51,231 nucleotides of DNA from a virus (lineage: Duplodnaviria > Heunggongvirae > Uroviricota > Caudoviricetes): IMG/VR virus record IMGVR_UViG_3300042691_040811. One strand, written 5' to 3'. A program made the translations under genes and the position numbers. Shown here one piece after another: positions 1 to 10,082 of the stretch (its first letter is position 1; every line of letters begins with the position of its first letter). A model generated the notes under the pieces. It was not told the origin of the DNA and searched no databases. It saw only the letters and a list, made by a program, of their open reading frames with translations.

Positions 1-2
1 GG

Positions 3-839
3 GGAACTGTTAGCGTAACAAATAGCAACTCTGACTTCGGAAATTATGCCCTTTATGCCGATGGCGTAGGTCCTTTAGAGCAAGCCGGGCAGATAGATGG
101 AGGGGGACAAGTTGGGAGTACCTTTAAGCTTAAAAACATGACGTCACTTGATAAGCCTTATGACGGTCAAGTTGTAGCCTTGGGGGAACTTTACTACAAT
201 GTGTCTGGTTTTGAAATAACTAATGTCGGCACAGGTTATACATCCCCCCCTGACGTATCAGTGAGTATTGGCACTGGGCCAAATGCTATTGCAGCACAAG
301 GGGTTGCCTTTATTGACGATTCAGGTAAGCTATCCAGAGTCGAGTTGGTATCTTCAGGACAGAACTATAAATCTACAGACACTATTACGGTAACATTATC
401 AGGGGGTGGGGGGTCTTTTGCCGCCGTCTCTGCCATTAAAAACCCCGTTTACTACACAATACAATCATCTACCCCTGTTGTTGCAGGTAAATGTAGCATA
501 ACTTTAGTGGAAACTTTACCCTATGATGTAAGTACCGGAGATTCTGTGGCCTTTTACAGGGTAAGTAGAATTATCGCAAACTCTCACTGTATGGAGTATG
601 TGGGCACGGGTACAGACATTACTACAGCGTTGCCTTTTGCAGGGGGAGTCTCTATACCAGATAACCAAGTTGTACAGATAAATGGGGGCAGAGTCGCTGT
701 TACTAGCACAGACCAACTCGGCAATTTCAGAGTTGGCGAAGGTTTAGTGATCAATCAAAATACCGGAACTATTTCAGGGGTGGACTTCACCAAATCCATC
801 TTAGCCACAGTTCTCCCATACATTTTAGCTTTATCTTGA
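3..839 (+). CDS. Virion structural (tail/baseplate-associated) protein, 5'-truncated by window edge
   Basis: Frame is open from base 3 (GTVSVTNSNSDFGNYALYADG...) into ORF 138..839. Contains Gly/Thr-rich GTGYTSPPDVSVS-type motifs and a C-terminal STDQLGNFRVGEGLVINQNTGTISG segment typical of cyanomyovirus structural proteins. Confidence 0.6.
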   Translation, partial: GTVSVTNSNSDFGNYALYADGVGPLEQAGQIDGGGQVGSTFKLKNMTSLDKPYDGQVVALGELYYNVSGFEITNVGTGYTSPPDVSVSIGTGPNAIAAQGVAFIDDSGKLSRVELVSSGQNYKSTDTITVTLSGGGGSFAAVSAIKNPVYYTIQSSTPVVAGKCSITLVETLPYDVSTGDSVAFYRVSRIIANSHCMEYVGTGTDITTALPFAGGVSIPDNQVVQINGGRVAVTSTDQLGNFRVGEGLVINQNTGTISGVDFTKSILATVLPYILALS

Positions 840-840
840 C

Positions 841-1176
841 ATGGCCCTCCCATTAAATGTATTTAAGACCATTCCTCTGGACGTGCCTTTAGTGGGTACG
901 GAGGTTTATGAAACCCCCATTGGATACACCGCTATAGTTCTATTAGCCCAAGTAACCAACACAAACGCAAACATACAGACCGTCTCTTTAACCTATAACA
1001 CCCCTTTGGGAGGTACCCCGATTGTATACAACTACGAGATTTACCCTAATGCCGTTCTAACAATATCAGGGGGGACTGCCGGGAAGCTAGTAGTGGAGAC
1101 AGGGAACAAGTTAATTTTATCAGGTTCATCTACGGATCTAAAGTTTATTTTAAGTATTATTGAAACCCTGAAATAA
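841..1176 (+). CDS. Small beta-rich virion structural protein
   Basis: 111-aa ORF starting 1 nt after the previous stop, in the + strand structural block; beta-strand-rich composition. Confidence 0.5.
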   Translation: MALPLNVFKTIPLDVPLVGTEVYETPIGYTAIVLLAQVTNTNANIQTVSLTYNTPLGGTPIVYNYEIYPNAVLTISGGTAGKLVVETGNKLILSGSSTDLKFILSIIETLK

Positions 1177-1186
1177 CGGTATTGCG

Positions 1187-3616
1187 ATGGCTGAATTTTT
1201 AGAAGGGAAAGTAATTCCCCACTCCCCCAGTGAGGCTAACCCTGACAGGTATGGGATTTTAGGGCTTGAAGATACTGAGCCAAACTTAGGTGTCCCCAGC
1301 AGTAATAACTTTGTCCTAACAAGTGACACATCTGGAGTTAGAGATTGGGTAGACCCTGCTTCTTTAGGGGTATTTGGCCCTACTGGTCCCACGGGTCCCA
1401 CTGGCCCCGCTGGCACGGGAATTACCGGGGCAACTGGCCCCACGGGTCCTTCCGGTCCTGTAGGTGCCACAGGTATAGGGTCAACAGGAGCTACGGGGAT
1501 TGTGGGACCCACGGGTCCTACTGGTCCTAAAGGAGACACGGGTACTTCTGTAACTCTTGTGGGGTCAGTTTCTGATGTAAATGCGTCTTACCCTGGAGGG
1601 GGACCTAATGACCCTCAAGGACTATTAAATTATTATTTCCCATCTGCTGTTGCAGGGAATGGTGTCATTGATCAAAATAATGGCGACCTGTGGATTTACG
1701 ACGGCTCCGTGTGGAGCAATGTCGGGAATATTGTGGGCCCCCAAGGTGCTACAGGGGCTACAGGTGTTGGGGCTACAGGGGCTACTGGAGTATCGGGGGT
1801 TCAAGGGGCCACAGGGCCTACAGGACCTTCGGGGGGTTTGGGGGCAACTGGTGTTGGGACTCAAGGGGCGACAGGGGCGACGGGTATCGGAGCGACAGGA
1901 GCAACGGGGGCGACAGGGCCTCAAGGAGCGACGGGTATCGGAGCCTCAGGGGTTGCCGGGGCAACGGGGGCAACTGGTCCCTCGGGGCTTCCGGGTCCTA
2001 CCGGGGCAACGGGGGCTGTTGGGGCAACTGGGGTGGGGGCAACTGGCCCCACGGGCCCCCAAGGTGCAACTGGAGCCGGGGTTACGGGGGCAACTGGGGC
2101 GACGGGACCTCAGGGGGCTACGGGAGTGGGCCCCACAGGGGCTACGGGAGTTTCTGGCCCTACGGGTGCGACTGGCCCTGCCGGAGCAACCGGGTTGGGG
2201 ATTACCGGGGCAACCGGGATTGCTGGTCCGACTGGGGCAACGGGGGCAACTGGAGCCGGAGTCACAGGAGCAACCGGGGTTGCTGGCCCTACGGGTGCGA
2301 CTGGCCCTGCCGGAGCAACCGGGTTGGGGATTACCGGGGCAACCGGGATTGCTGGTCCGACTGGGGCAACTGGCCCTGCCGGGGCGACAGGATTGGGGGC
2401 AACCGGGGCGACAGGAGCTTTAGGGCCTACGGGGGCTACGGGTCCAAGTGGTTTAAGAGGGGGGGTGAACTATGTCTTCAGCACAATCATAACAGACTCG
2501 GACCCCGGTAATGGCACCTTCCGCTACAATAGTGCCACTATCTCGGCTGTCACACAGATTTTCATAGACAACCTTGATGCTGCTGGGAATTCTCAGACAG
2601 GCTGGTATGACACATGGGATGACTCTACCAGTGCCACTAAAGGGTATTTAACGGTTCGTTCGGCCTTAGGGACGGGAACCGTTGCCAACATCTTTAGAAT
2701 CACAGCAATTACCGTGGCCGCCGGTTACTATAAGGTATCGGTATCTTATTTATCAGGGTCTTTACCTGCAAACTCCGATAATCTTGTCATAGATTTTTCC
2801 AGGACAGGGGATCAGGGGGCTTCCGGTATAAATGGGGCCACAGGTGTTATCGGGGCCACAGGTGTTATCGGGGCCACAGGGGCGACAGGGTTGGGAGTAA
2901 CTGGGGCGACAGGAATCGCCGGGCCTACAGGTATAACCGGGGCGACAGGCCCTAGTGGTTTAAGGGGAGGGGTTAACTATACGTTCAGCACTACAACTAC
3001 AGATTCTGACCCCGGTAACGGAGTCCTTAGGTATAACAATGCTGCCATAGGCTCTGTAACTCAGTTCTTCATTGATAATTTAGACTCTGCTGGAAACTCT
3101 CAAACTGCATGGTATGACACGTGGGATGACTCTACAAACACAAACAAGGGCACTCTGACTTTACGATCTGCCCTCAGCACTGGTAATATAACCAATATCT
3201 TTAACGTATCCTCTATAACTGTTGCTGCGGGTTACTACAAGATCACAGTTAGCTATGTATCTGGTTCCTTGCCAGCTAACCTGGAAAATGTTATCCTATC
3301 CTTTTCTAGAACAGGGGATCAAGGTGCTACAGGTATTGTGGCTAGTTACAATGTAACAACCACTGCAATCAGCAAAACTGTGGCCACAAGGGAGTTTTGC
3401 ACGGTAACGGCTTCAGGCCAAACAATCACGTTGCCTGCATCTCCAGCGGCGGGCGATGAAGTTGTTATCGGGGTATTAGATTTTTCTAATACCACTGTTG
3501 CTAGAAACGGCTCTAACATTATGAGCTTGGCTGAAAACATGACACTAGATGTTGTTAACAGCGCTTACACTTTTGTCTACCTAAATGCTACCTACGGTTG
3601 GAGGATTATCTCCTAA
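1187..3616 (+). CDS. Collagen-like tail fibre protein
   Basis: Long G-X-Y runs (GAT/GPT/GVT), two copies of a ~120-aa globular insert, and a C-terminal [14 protein letters not shown]...TVARNGSNI domain typical of phage fibres. Confidence 0.85.
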   Translation: MAEFLEGKVIPHSPSEANPDRYGILGLEDTEPNLGVPSSNNFVLTSDTSGVRDWVDPASLGVFGPTGPTGPTGPAGTGITGATGPTGPSGPVGATGIGSTGATGIVGPTGPTGPKGDTGTSVTLVGSVSDVNASYPGGGPNDPQGLLNYYFPSAVAGNGVIDQNNGDLWIYDGSVWSNVGNIVGPQGATGATGVGATGATGVSGVQGATGPTGPSGGLGATGVGTQGATGATGIGATGATGATGPQGATGIGASGVAGATGATGPSGLPGPTGATGAVGATGVGATGPTGPQGATGAGVTGATGATGPQGATGVGPTGATGVSGPTGATGPAGATGLGITGATGIAGPTGATGATGAGVTGATGVAGPTGATGPAGATGLGITGATGIAGPTGATGPAGATGLGATGATGALGPTGATGPSGLRGGVNYVFSTIITDSDPGNGTFRYNSATISAVTQIFIDNLDAAGNSQTGWYDTWDDSTSATKGYLTVRSALGTGTVANIFRITAITVAAGYYKVSVSYLSGSLPANSDNLVIDFSRTGDQGASGINGATGVIGATGVIGATGATGLGVTGATGIAGPTGITGATGPSGLRGGVNYTFSTTTTDSDPGNGVLRYNNAAIGSVTQFFIDNLDSAGNSQTAWYDTWDDSTNTNKGTLTLRSALSTGNITNIFNVSSITVAAGYYKITVSYVSGSLPANLENVILSFSRTGDQGATGIVASYNVTTTAISKTVATREFCTVTASGQTITLPASPAAGDEVVIGVLDFSNTTVARNGSNIMSLAENMTLDVVNSAYTFVYLNATYGWRIIS
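2154..2370 (+). repeat. Exact 88-bp direct repeat (2154-2241 and 2283-2370) inside the collagen region
   Basis: The two segments are identical base for base; period 129 bp. Confidence 0.9.
2441..3328 (+). repeat. Duplicated non-collagen domain (~2441-2820 and ~2948-3328)
   Basis: [25 protein letters not shown]...WYDTWDDST...FSRTGDQGA occurs twice, with diverged codons. Confidence 0.9.
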
Positions 3617-4510
3617 TAGTTGCAACCAGGGGTCAATAACCTTGGACCAATCATAATGCTCCCTGGCATAATCTTGTGCCATTAAGCACATGGCCCTATG
3701 ATAATTAGGACTTTTTTCTAATTTGTCAATAAGTTCTTTACCTTCCTTAAGAAACCCCTCTTTGTTAAATGGAAGTATGAAGCCAGGGAAATAGTCGTCG
3801 TCTCTGGCTACACCTACAGGAGTTGAAATTGGCAACCTCCCTGAAGCAGCAGCTTCCATCAGGGGCAATGCGCAAGATTCTTCCGTTGAGGTTACCACTA
3901 TACAATCTACTTGTGAGTAGTATTGAGGCATTGTTAGATAGGACTGACTTGGGGCCGGTTTAAAGGGGAGATTAGTATTTGAGGCTAATTCAAGGGCTAA
4001 AACACCTCGTTTTATGTCCGTATTTCCGTAGAAGTCTAAGTGAGCAATGGCCCCAGCATAACCAATTGCCTTTAATCGAGCGGAAGCATTTTGGTAAAAA
4101 TAATTAAAGTCTACCCCGTTTCTCACTAATTTCATCTTTCTCTCTACCCCTAAACCTTCGGCAAATTGAGCTAGATCCGGGCTTACCCCTGCAAACTGCT
4201 TAAGCTCCTTAAAATTGTTTCCCTCCTTTACTCCGGAAAGGATGTCATAACGGCCATGGGCAATAGCAATGATCCTGCTCAAGGGGACTCCAAAAGTTTC
4301 CACCAATACGTTGATTGCATTACCTGGGGTAGTAATAAATACATCATAAATTTCCCCCAGGGCTATTCTTTCACTCGGGGAGAAATCCCTGTTCCAGTCA
4401 ATAATGTTAGCTAGAATACCATTCTTATAAAACTCTTTTACCAAAGAATTATGAATGGAGCCGAATGCCCACTCAGGGTATGTAAAAAATGCTACTTTCA
4501 CGGGCGACAA
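3581..4510 (-). CDS. Glycosyltransferase, GT-B fold (GT4-like)
   Basis: [10 protein letters not shown] and [32 protein letters not shown] match the GT4 C-terminal E-x7-E region. Confidence 0.8.
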   Translation of the reverse strand: MSPVKVAFFTYPEWAFGSIHNSLVKEFYKNGILANIIDWNRDFSPSERIALGEIYDVFITTPGNAINVLVETFGVPLSRIIAIAHGRYDILSGVKEGNNFKELKQFAGVSPDLAQFAEGLGVERKMKLVRNGVDFNYFYQNASARLKAIGYAGAIAHLDFYGNTDIKRGVLALELASNTNLPFKPAPSQSYLTMPQYYSQVDCIVVTSTEESCALPLMEAAASGRLPISTPVGVARDDDYFPGFILPFNKEGFLKEGKELIDKLEKSPNYHRAMCLMAQDYAREHYDWSKVIDPWLQLLGDNPPTVGSI

Positions 4511-6213
4511 CTTGTTTGTTTAACTGCTAACCAATCGTCCCCTTCCCTTCTCACCCTATACCCCTCTCCAATAAGAAGCTCTCGGAGAGTAGCTTGATTT
4601 CTAAATGACATTCTAATCACTTCAATCAGAATTACTTGGGGCCTAAACCCAAGATCCCAAATCTGTTCAAAAATATCAAAATCTGCACCTTCGGCATCAA
4701 TCTGAAGAATGTTAATGCGGGTGATGTTGTGTTTGCTGACTAAGGTTTCAAAGCGGACGCATTCCACCACCTCAGTTATAGCTTTATCTGAAATTTGGGA
4801 GAAGGCTCCCCCCTCTGGGAAAAAAGTTGAGATACCATCTGCCCACTCTGGCAATTCTTTCCCTACCATTTCAGAGGGGATCTTGAAGATATCTCTAAAA
4901 CCCTCCTCCCTCATTATGGCGACATTCTCAAATTTCAATCCCCCCCTATCCCCATAGTTTGCCTTAAGCTTATCAAAGTATTCCTTGACAGGCTCCACCA
5001 GCATACCTTTCCAATTTAGATTAGGGGCAGCGTGCTCAAAAAGGCGATCGTGTTTAACGCCGTCCATGGCCCCGATAGACACAAAGTAGCAACTTTCTTC
5101 GGCTAACTTTTTAAGTTTGCTACTGTAAGAAAAATTATCACAAAAATACCATCCTTTGTCATGGAGTTCATAAAGGGAAGTAAAAACTTTATCGTATTGC
5201 TTAGAGCAGGTTTCTAAGCTATAAAGGGATCTAGAGGTGTTGGCCACTACCTCCCTATCCAGATACCTTACATTGTCTACGGCATCTACCCATTCCCCCA
5301 GGGTTCTACACTTAAACCCTGTAACTCCTTGCGTTACAGTTTCGGTGAAGGCTCCGTAGTCCACAGCAATTAGGGGAGTCCCGCATAGCATAGCCTCCAC
5401 ACCGGAACCCCCGAACGGCTCTGTGTAAACGGTGGGCATCACTGCACAATAGGCATTTCTCAGAAAGTCGCTACGTTCCCTTCCGCTTAATGGCCCCAAG
5501 TATTCCAAGTTTGGGTGTGACCACGGGGATGGATCACCTTGACCTGCGATTTTCACGGGGTAGGGGGATCTACGGGCGATTTCTAAAACTGTGTCCAGGC
5601 CTTTATTGGGGCAAATTCTCCCTAAGAAGGCAATGTAGTTGCCCCTGTCATACTTAGGTTCCCATTCATCCAAGTCAAAGTAATTAGGGATAACCCATTC
5701 GTAATTTGCTCCGTTTCTACCATCTTTGCCTTGATGGTAGTGCATCCACGCATAGCTCTCAAATACCCTAAAACTGCCTTCCATTAAGGTAGGATAGCCT
5801 ATCCCAGTCTCAACGTGCTGATTGTTGGAAAACTCGTTGAGGAGAATTTCGTGAGCGTGACCGAACGGGTGACAAATTATGTCCCTAGGTTCTACCCTTT
5901 TCTTTAGCTCTCTGATAAGAGCGCCTTGGAACATTGTATGGGCAGCACTACCTATGGAAGCATTGTCTCCGTAAAAATCTGTTTTCTTTCTTCCCTCAAA
6001 TAAAGCCTCAAATACATCTTTAGACAGCATTGTCACATGCTCATCAGCCGTAGACTCGCTGCCCTCATTAGAATATTCTACAATTCTATACCCAGCAAGC
6101 TGCATCATTTTGGGAAAGCGTAAGGCTTTTCCTGTGAATGCACAGTGGCTGAATTTTGTGGTTGATTGAGTGTGGAATAGGCCGATCAAATGGAGTGTTG
6201 GTTTATTCCTCAT
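4498..6213 (-). CDS. GT4 glycosyltransferase fused to FkbM-family methyltransferase
   Basis: N-part: FLGRICPNKG, PTVYTEPFGGSGVEAMLCGTPLIAVDYGAFTE. C-part: VSIGAMDG, GMLVEP, INILQIDAEGADFDI (FkbM-type motifs). Confidence 0.85.
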   Translation of the reverse strand: MRNKPTLHLIGLFHTQSTTKFSHCAFTGKALRFPKMMQLAGYRIVEYSNEGSESTADEHVTMLSKDVFEALFEGRKKTDFYGDNASIGSAAHTMFQGALIRELKKRVEPRDIICHPFGHAHEILLNEFSNNQHVETGIGYPTLMEGSFRVFESYAWMHYHQGKDGRNGANYEWVIPNYFDLDEWEPKYDRGNYIAFLGRICPNKGLDTVLEIARRSPYPVKIAGQGDPSPWSHPNLEYLGPLSGRERSDFLRNAYCAVMPTVYTEPFGGSGVEAMLCGTPLIAVDYGAFTETVTQGVTGFKCRTLGEWVDAVDNVRYLDREVVANTSRSLYSLETCSKQYDKVFTSLYELHDKGWYFCDNFSYSSKLKKLAEESCYFVSIGAMDGVKHDRLFEHAAPNLNWKGMLVEPVKEYFDKLKANYGDRGGLKFENVAIMREEGFRDIFKIPSEMVGKELPEWADGISTFFPEGGAFSQISDKAITEVVECVRFETLVSKHNITRINILQIDAEGADFDIFEQIWDLGFRPQVILIEVIRMSFRNQATLRELLIGEGYRVRREGDDWLAVKQTSCRP

Positions 6214-6249
6214 TGTTTCTATGTGGTTTTGCTTGAAGGGTTTTACCCT

Positions 6250-6606
6250 CTATCTCGTTAAGACAAGTACAATAGCAAAGTAGGTAAGGTGGTGTAACAG
6301 TTGGTCCGCCCCCATTAGCACCCAAAACTTTTTGTCTGTTATGGTTAACCCTGATGAAAGATTTTGCTTCGCCCAATCTATGTGGTAGTGGATTGCAAAG
6401 TCTGCAAAGGCTACAACGAATGATAAAGTAAGGTCATACCCAAGCCCTATCAGTATGCACTGGGTTAGGATTGCATGGGTTAGGGAATGCTGTAACCCTC
6501 CGGGGTGCAAGTATTTACCTTTATTCGCAATCTGGTAATTAGTCTGTAAAACCCAATCCGCCAAAAAATGCTTTATTTCTAATAGAGTCAGCAAGAGTAG
6601 TACCAT
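6250..6606 (-). CDS. DUF3307-like membrane protein
   Basis: KHFLADWVLQT...HSLTHA...HYHIDWAK...GADQLLH His/Asp pattern with hydrophobic segments. Confidence 0.8.
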   Translation of the reverse strand: MVLLLLTLLEIKHFLADWVLQTNYQIANKGKYLHPGGLQHSLTHAILTQCILIGLGYDLTLSFVVAFADFAIHYHIDWAKQNLSSGLTITDKKFWVLMGADQLLHHLTYFAIVLVLTR

Positions 6607-6651
6607 ATGTTGTAACTTTTTTGAAAAATTTCAAATGTTTTCTAAAGTGGT

Positions 6652-6828
6652 TTAAGGTGTTAAGAACTTCACCACAAAATTACCTACTTTAAAAACCCTG
6701 CTGTAACCCCTTCTCTCCGAGAAGAGAATTTTGCTTCTACGGAGGTCTCTCCAGTAGATTCCGAAACCAAAAAGGCGGAACCCTCCGGCTCCGTCATTCA
6801 CGTACCAACTAATTGCTCTATACTTCAT
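6652..6828 (-). CDS. Hypothetical protein (probable start MKYRAISW at 6828)
   Basis: Fits the minus-strand tiling; the longer ORF-track start overlaps the upstream gene. Confidence 0.45.
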   Translation of the reverse strand: MKYRAISWYVNDGAGGFRLFGFGIYWRDLRRSKILFSERRGYSRVFKVGNFVVKFLTP

Positions 6829-6862
6829 TATTTTGCACCTATGGTAAATGCCTAAACAATTT

Positions 6863-7162
6863 TCAAAAATGGTCGATCTGCAAGTAGCCGACTCCGTCAC
6901 AAGTTTCACAGTCATACAACCAGCATTCACCCCAAGAATACTCTGGAGGTAAGTTGTTTTCGTCAAAGTCAGCGGCAAATTGAGCACTCACGTCTTTTTG
7001 TTGCTCTTCTTGGTCCGGGTCATTCACTAAAGTGTAGTGAAGGGTCCAAGACTCCCCCTCCCCTTGACAATCAGGGCACTTACGAAACACTATCTCCCCT
7101 CTAATAATGGCCCGGAGTTCTTTTGGCCTAAATGAAAACTGCATCAGGGCCTCTCGTTGCAA
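6863..7162 (-). CDS. CxxCxGxG zinc-finger protein (DnaJ-type repeats); paralog of the N-half of 17933..18400
   Basis: CPDCQGEG...CETCDGVGYL versus CPRCNGTG...CEVCDGVGYL. Confidence 0.65.
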   Translation of the reverse strand: MQREALMQFSFRPKELRAIIRGEIVFRKCPDCQGEGESWTLHYTLVNDPDQEEQQKDVSAQFAADFDENNLPPEYSWGECWLYDCETCDGVGYLQIDHF

Positions 7163-7470
7163 TTAGAGAAGATTTGCAGAAACTTGTTCCCATCGGTGTG
7201 AGTATCTACGACAACCATCGTATAATCCTTGCCCCTGTAAACCCATTTAGGCAAATGACCGTAGGTGAAAATTTCGTTTTCGTAGTAGTTGCCGGATTGA
7301 GACTCTAGCTCCTCCTCCGTGTCTGCAAACTCTACCCTGCCTTCCTCAGCATCCAACCTCCAAAAGTATTTACGACTGTCGTCAATAGGTAAAACTTTCC
7401 AATCTTCCTGATAGCCGAAGTAATCGTAAATTTCCTTCTGAACGCTAAAGTATGAATCTAAGAGCTTCAT
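7144..7470 (-). CDS. Hypothetical phage protein
   Basis: 108-aa ORF tiling with its neighbours. Confidence 0.6.
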   Translation of the reverse strand: MKLLDSYFSVQKEIYDYFGYQEDWKVLPIDDSRKYFWRLDAEEGRVEFADTEEELESQSGNYYENEIFTYGHLPKWVYRGKDYTMVVVDTHTDGNKFLQIFSNCNERP

Positions 7471-7498
7471 CTAAGTTTAATTTTTAAAAGTTAAGCAG

Positions 7499-7702
7499 TT
7501 AGTATAGGCTTCCGGGTTGCCCTGGTTCGTTACTACCTGTACAGTCTAGATTGTGGTTGGTGGCTCTGGGGCAGCGCTTGTTGCCGCACTGGGGACACAA
7601 TACCATCTGAAACAAATGGTGGTACCCCGTTTCTTTCTTGCAACATTCCTGACACCAACATTTTACATTCCGTTGTTTTTCTATGAAGTCTAAATCAAAC
7701 AT
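7499..7702 (-). CDS. Small Cys-rich hypothetical protein
   Basis: CWCQEC...MVLCPQCGNKRCPRATNHNLDCTGSNEPGQPGS, a recurrent small phage ORF pattern. Confidence 0.6.
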   Translation of the reverse strand: MFDLDFIEKQRNVKCWCQECCKKETGYHHLFQMVLCPQCGNKRCPRATNHNLDCTGSNEPGQPGSLY

Positions 7703-7713
7703 TTTGTTCCCCC

Positions 7714-7911
7714 TTAGGAATAAATTTCGGGAGCAAGATGCCGTTCTTCAGGGAACAGTCCCCATTCATCTAAATCCTCAGCGCAATACCCGCAACACCA
7801 CTCATCGGTCCACATTGGCACCGCCCCTTGCCTCTTAGTAATGTACTTGTCATGACGTGGGGCACCATAGCTAACAATTTGCTTACCGCAGCAGCAGCAA
7901 TCTACTCGCAT
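7714..7911 (-). CDS. Small Cys-rich hypothetical protein
   Basis: CCCCGK...CCGYC zinc-binding pattern. Confidence 0.5.
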   Translation of the reverse strand: MRVDCCCCGKQIVSYGAPRHDKYITKRQGAVPMWTDEWCCGYCAEDLDEWGLFPEERHLAPEIYS

Positions 7912-8122
7912 AGCTCTTTAGTGCCCCCTTCCAAACAACTACCTTAACCAGTTTACTCACGTGAACACTCTCCCTCTTGATAGCTTTTGAGGAGATCCTT
8001 AGCTTCCTTAATTAGTTCAAATTCCTCAGGATCAGGAAAGTAAAGCAACCTATGCTCAAGGCAAATTTCCAATTCATCTGCCAATTTGTTAATCATGTCT
8101 AAAAGAGGTTTGTTGCCCATTT

Positions 8123-8794
8123 TCAATCAGAAAGACCCAGAACACGCTTCTGCTCATCAGTCAAAGACGCCAAAGTTTCCTCTTTGAGTTTGGCATCACT
8201 GCGGGCTTTTTCCAAGTCCACGTCAACGGGTTTTCCGTTTTCGGCAAGAAGGTAGGTTTCTCCATTTACCTCCACAGAGTTAACCACTTCAATGGTGGCA
8301 TCATCGCCATAAGGGCCTTTACCCTTGGCCTCACCCTTGGCAACTTGCTCATTACTGAAATACCCTATAATGTGGTATCCAACGTAGAAACCTCCGTCAT
8401 TGCTATTTACGAAAACTTTGTATAGAGGTTTGATTACTGTCATTTCAGGGCCGGAATGGGTGGAGGACTTGTATCTAAGAATGTTGCTACTATCCTCAAT
8501 TTTACTGAGGAGCAACTTGTTAATTTCCCTTACAAGTTCATCAGTATTATGGTGAGGATGCCCAGCAGCATACTCAGAAAGCCTCCAGGATGCCTGAGTT
8601 AAGGCATCCACCAAAACATCTACCTTAGCCTGTTGCTTGTCAAGGTAATTTTTTAGTTCATTGGAAACCCATTCGTGAAAACGATCAGCGACATACTCAG
8701 ACGGGTGAGGGTCACTGTTAGTAAACTGATACGGGGAATCCCCCCACCATTTCTCCATAAGTTCTTTAGAGGGCCTCAGGTTAGGCAACATCAC
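8123..8794 (-). CDS. Hypothetical protein
   Basis: 223-aa ORF in the tiled minus-strand run. Confidence 0.6.
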   Translation of the reverse strand: MMLPNLRPSKELMEKWWGDSPYQFTNSDPHPSEYVADRFHEWVSNELKNYLDKQQAKVDVLVDALTQASWRLSEYAAGHPHHNTDELVREINKLLLSKIEDSSNILRYKSSTHSGPEMTVIKPLYKVFVNSNDGGFYVGYHIIGYFSNEQVAKGEAKGKGPYGDDATIEVVNSVEVNGETYLLAENGKPVDVDLEKARSDAKLKEETLASLTDEQKRVLGLSD

Positions 8795-8948
8795 TGATTC
8801 TCCTTCTGTTTAAGTTGTTGAACGTGGGTCACGTAGGCAAATGTGGCTCTGGCCCAATCTTCTTTGATGTTAGGGTTAAGCCCATGCTTCTCACAATACT
8901 CAACTTTCCAGTTGTGAGCAAGTTCTTTGTTTTTGTAAGGAAGGTTAA

Positions 8949-9131
8949 TCATTTTGTCTTGGGGAATTGGTTTGTGTCCCTCTGAGGGTTAAACTTTTGT
9001 TGCCTACCTTGAAGACCACAGGTCCACTGATTGTCGCATCTGGGGCACTGATAAGCTCTGCGCCCATCAAACGCACGACCCCTTTCCGGTTTAGGGTGAT
9101 TGCATCTAGGGCATTTCACTTCTTTGGGCAT
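8949..9131 (-). CDS. Small zinc-ribbon protein
   Basis: CPRC...YQCPRC. Confidence 0.5.
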   Translation of the reverse strand: MPKEVKCPRCNHPKPERGRAFDGRRAYQCPRCDNQWTCGLQGRQQKFNPQRDTNQFPKTK

Positions 9132-9290
9132 TAAGACCCCTTCTTAGATTTATCAAGTGGTAGGATTAGAGGTGCAGCTATAGCAATGACGCCTCCAATT
9201 AAAGTTGCATTCAAACTGTCTGAGATGAACCCTGCACTTAGCAAGATACTGAAGCAAAGAAGGCCAACTTGGTGGTTGTTCATTTTGTCC

Positions 9291-9509
9291 TCATTGACGA
9301 GTCGGGATTGCGCTTTGAGGCAACCAGTAGTTAGGGTAGTTAGCCTTGTAAACTTGCTCGTAAATCCTAAAAACCCTGGCACAATCATCGTCGGAAAGAC
9401 CCGTAGATGCTGAAAGGTCATGCTCTTTAACCCCGTCCAAAACCTTGGTCAGAGCCCAAGCCAGATCATCCTGGGACGGCAGATTAGGATTCTCATTGAT
9501 GGGGGCCAT
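9291..9509 (-). CDS. Early hypothetical protein; paralog of 17214..17486
   Basis: PSQDDLAWALTKVLDGVKEHD...TGLSDDDCARVF versus PSQSELIWALANLMDGVKEHD...TGLSEEDASRIY. Both are the first gene after a promoter-hairpin. Confidence 0.7.
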   Translation of the reverse strand: MAPINENPNLPSQDDLAWALTKVLDGVKEHDLSASTGLSDDDCARVFRIYEQVYKANYPNYWLPQSAIPTRQ

Positions 9510-9523
9510 AGTCTCTTGGCGGT

Positions 9524-9579
9524 GGCAGCCTAGGGCCGCCTTACTACCTTATTTTAGCAGACCTTAGAACCACCGTCAA
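9524..9579 (-). promoter_or_regulatory. Sigma70-type early promoter with 5' hairpin
   Basis: TTGACG-17-TAAAAT with TG extension, followed by GGCGGC-CCTAG-GCTGCC-AC. Confidence 0.75.
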
Positions 9580-9588
9580 GGGGGGGGG

Positions 9589-10080
9589 CTAGACCCATGA
9601 ATGAGCAGTTTTTACTAAGGTGGCCACATCTTCAAGGCCAAATACTAAGGGGCCGCTGGCATAGCCCCCATACTGAGGTACTTCCCAAAGATGTAAGTTG
9701 CTCCCTTTTCTGTTGACGTCCTCCCCACCGTTTACGGTGGGGGTTCCTAACCTCGCGGTCAGGGTTTCCTGCTTCTACTCCCTAAACTCAAAAGGTTTTT
9801 GGATCCACAGGCTAACGCCGCTCGCCCAGCGGCTTTTAGGTAGTTTACTGTCTTGTTAACTAAAACTGTTTGGTTTTCACAGCCTACAGCTAACAAGAGT
9901 TTTGTAAACTCACACCTATTATACCCAAGCCTGTTGTTGCCCACAAAAGCCGGACTAAAGTCCGGGGTTTTCAACCCAAAAACAACCCGTGATAACTTCT
10001 CCTCCCCCACCTTGAAACCAATTGATGCAACAAGTTTCCCCATCTTTCAGGGAGGATACTCTGGCAATGTCTTCCTCCAT
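9589..10080 (-). pseudogene. Small phage gene interrupted by an IS200/IS605 derivative
   Basis: MEEDIARVSSLKDGETCCINWFQGGGGEV (10080-9992) rejoins in frame with RKGSNLHLWEVPQYGG...AHSWV* (9711-9589) when the element is removed. Confidence 0.7.
9713..9977 (-). mobile_element. Non-autonomous IS200/IS605 (tnpB-deleted) derivative carrying an omegaRNA region
   Basis: Left-end hairpin CCGGACTTTAGTCCGG and right end ...ACGGTGGGGAGGACGTCAA match the tnpB element at 33438-34724. The left boundary could extend to 9991. Confidence 0.9.
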
Positions 10081-10082
10081 GA

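Noticed and set aside
1150-2511. Long alternative-frame ORFs (1150..1539 -, 1650..2423 +, 1690..2511 +)
   Set aside because: Shadows of the GC-rich collagen codon repeat; low-complexity translations.
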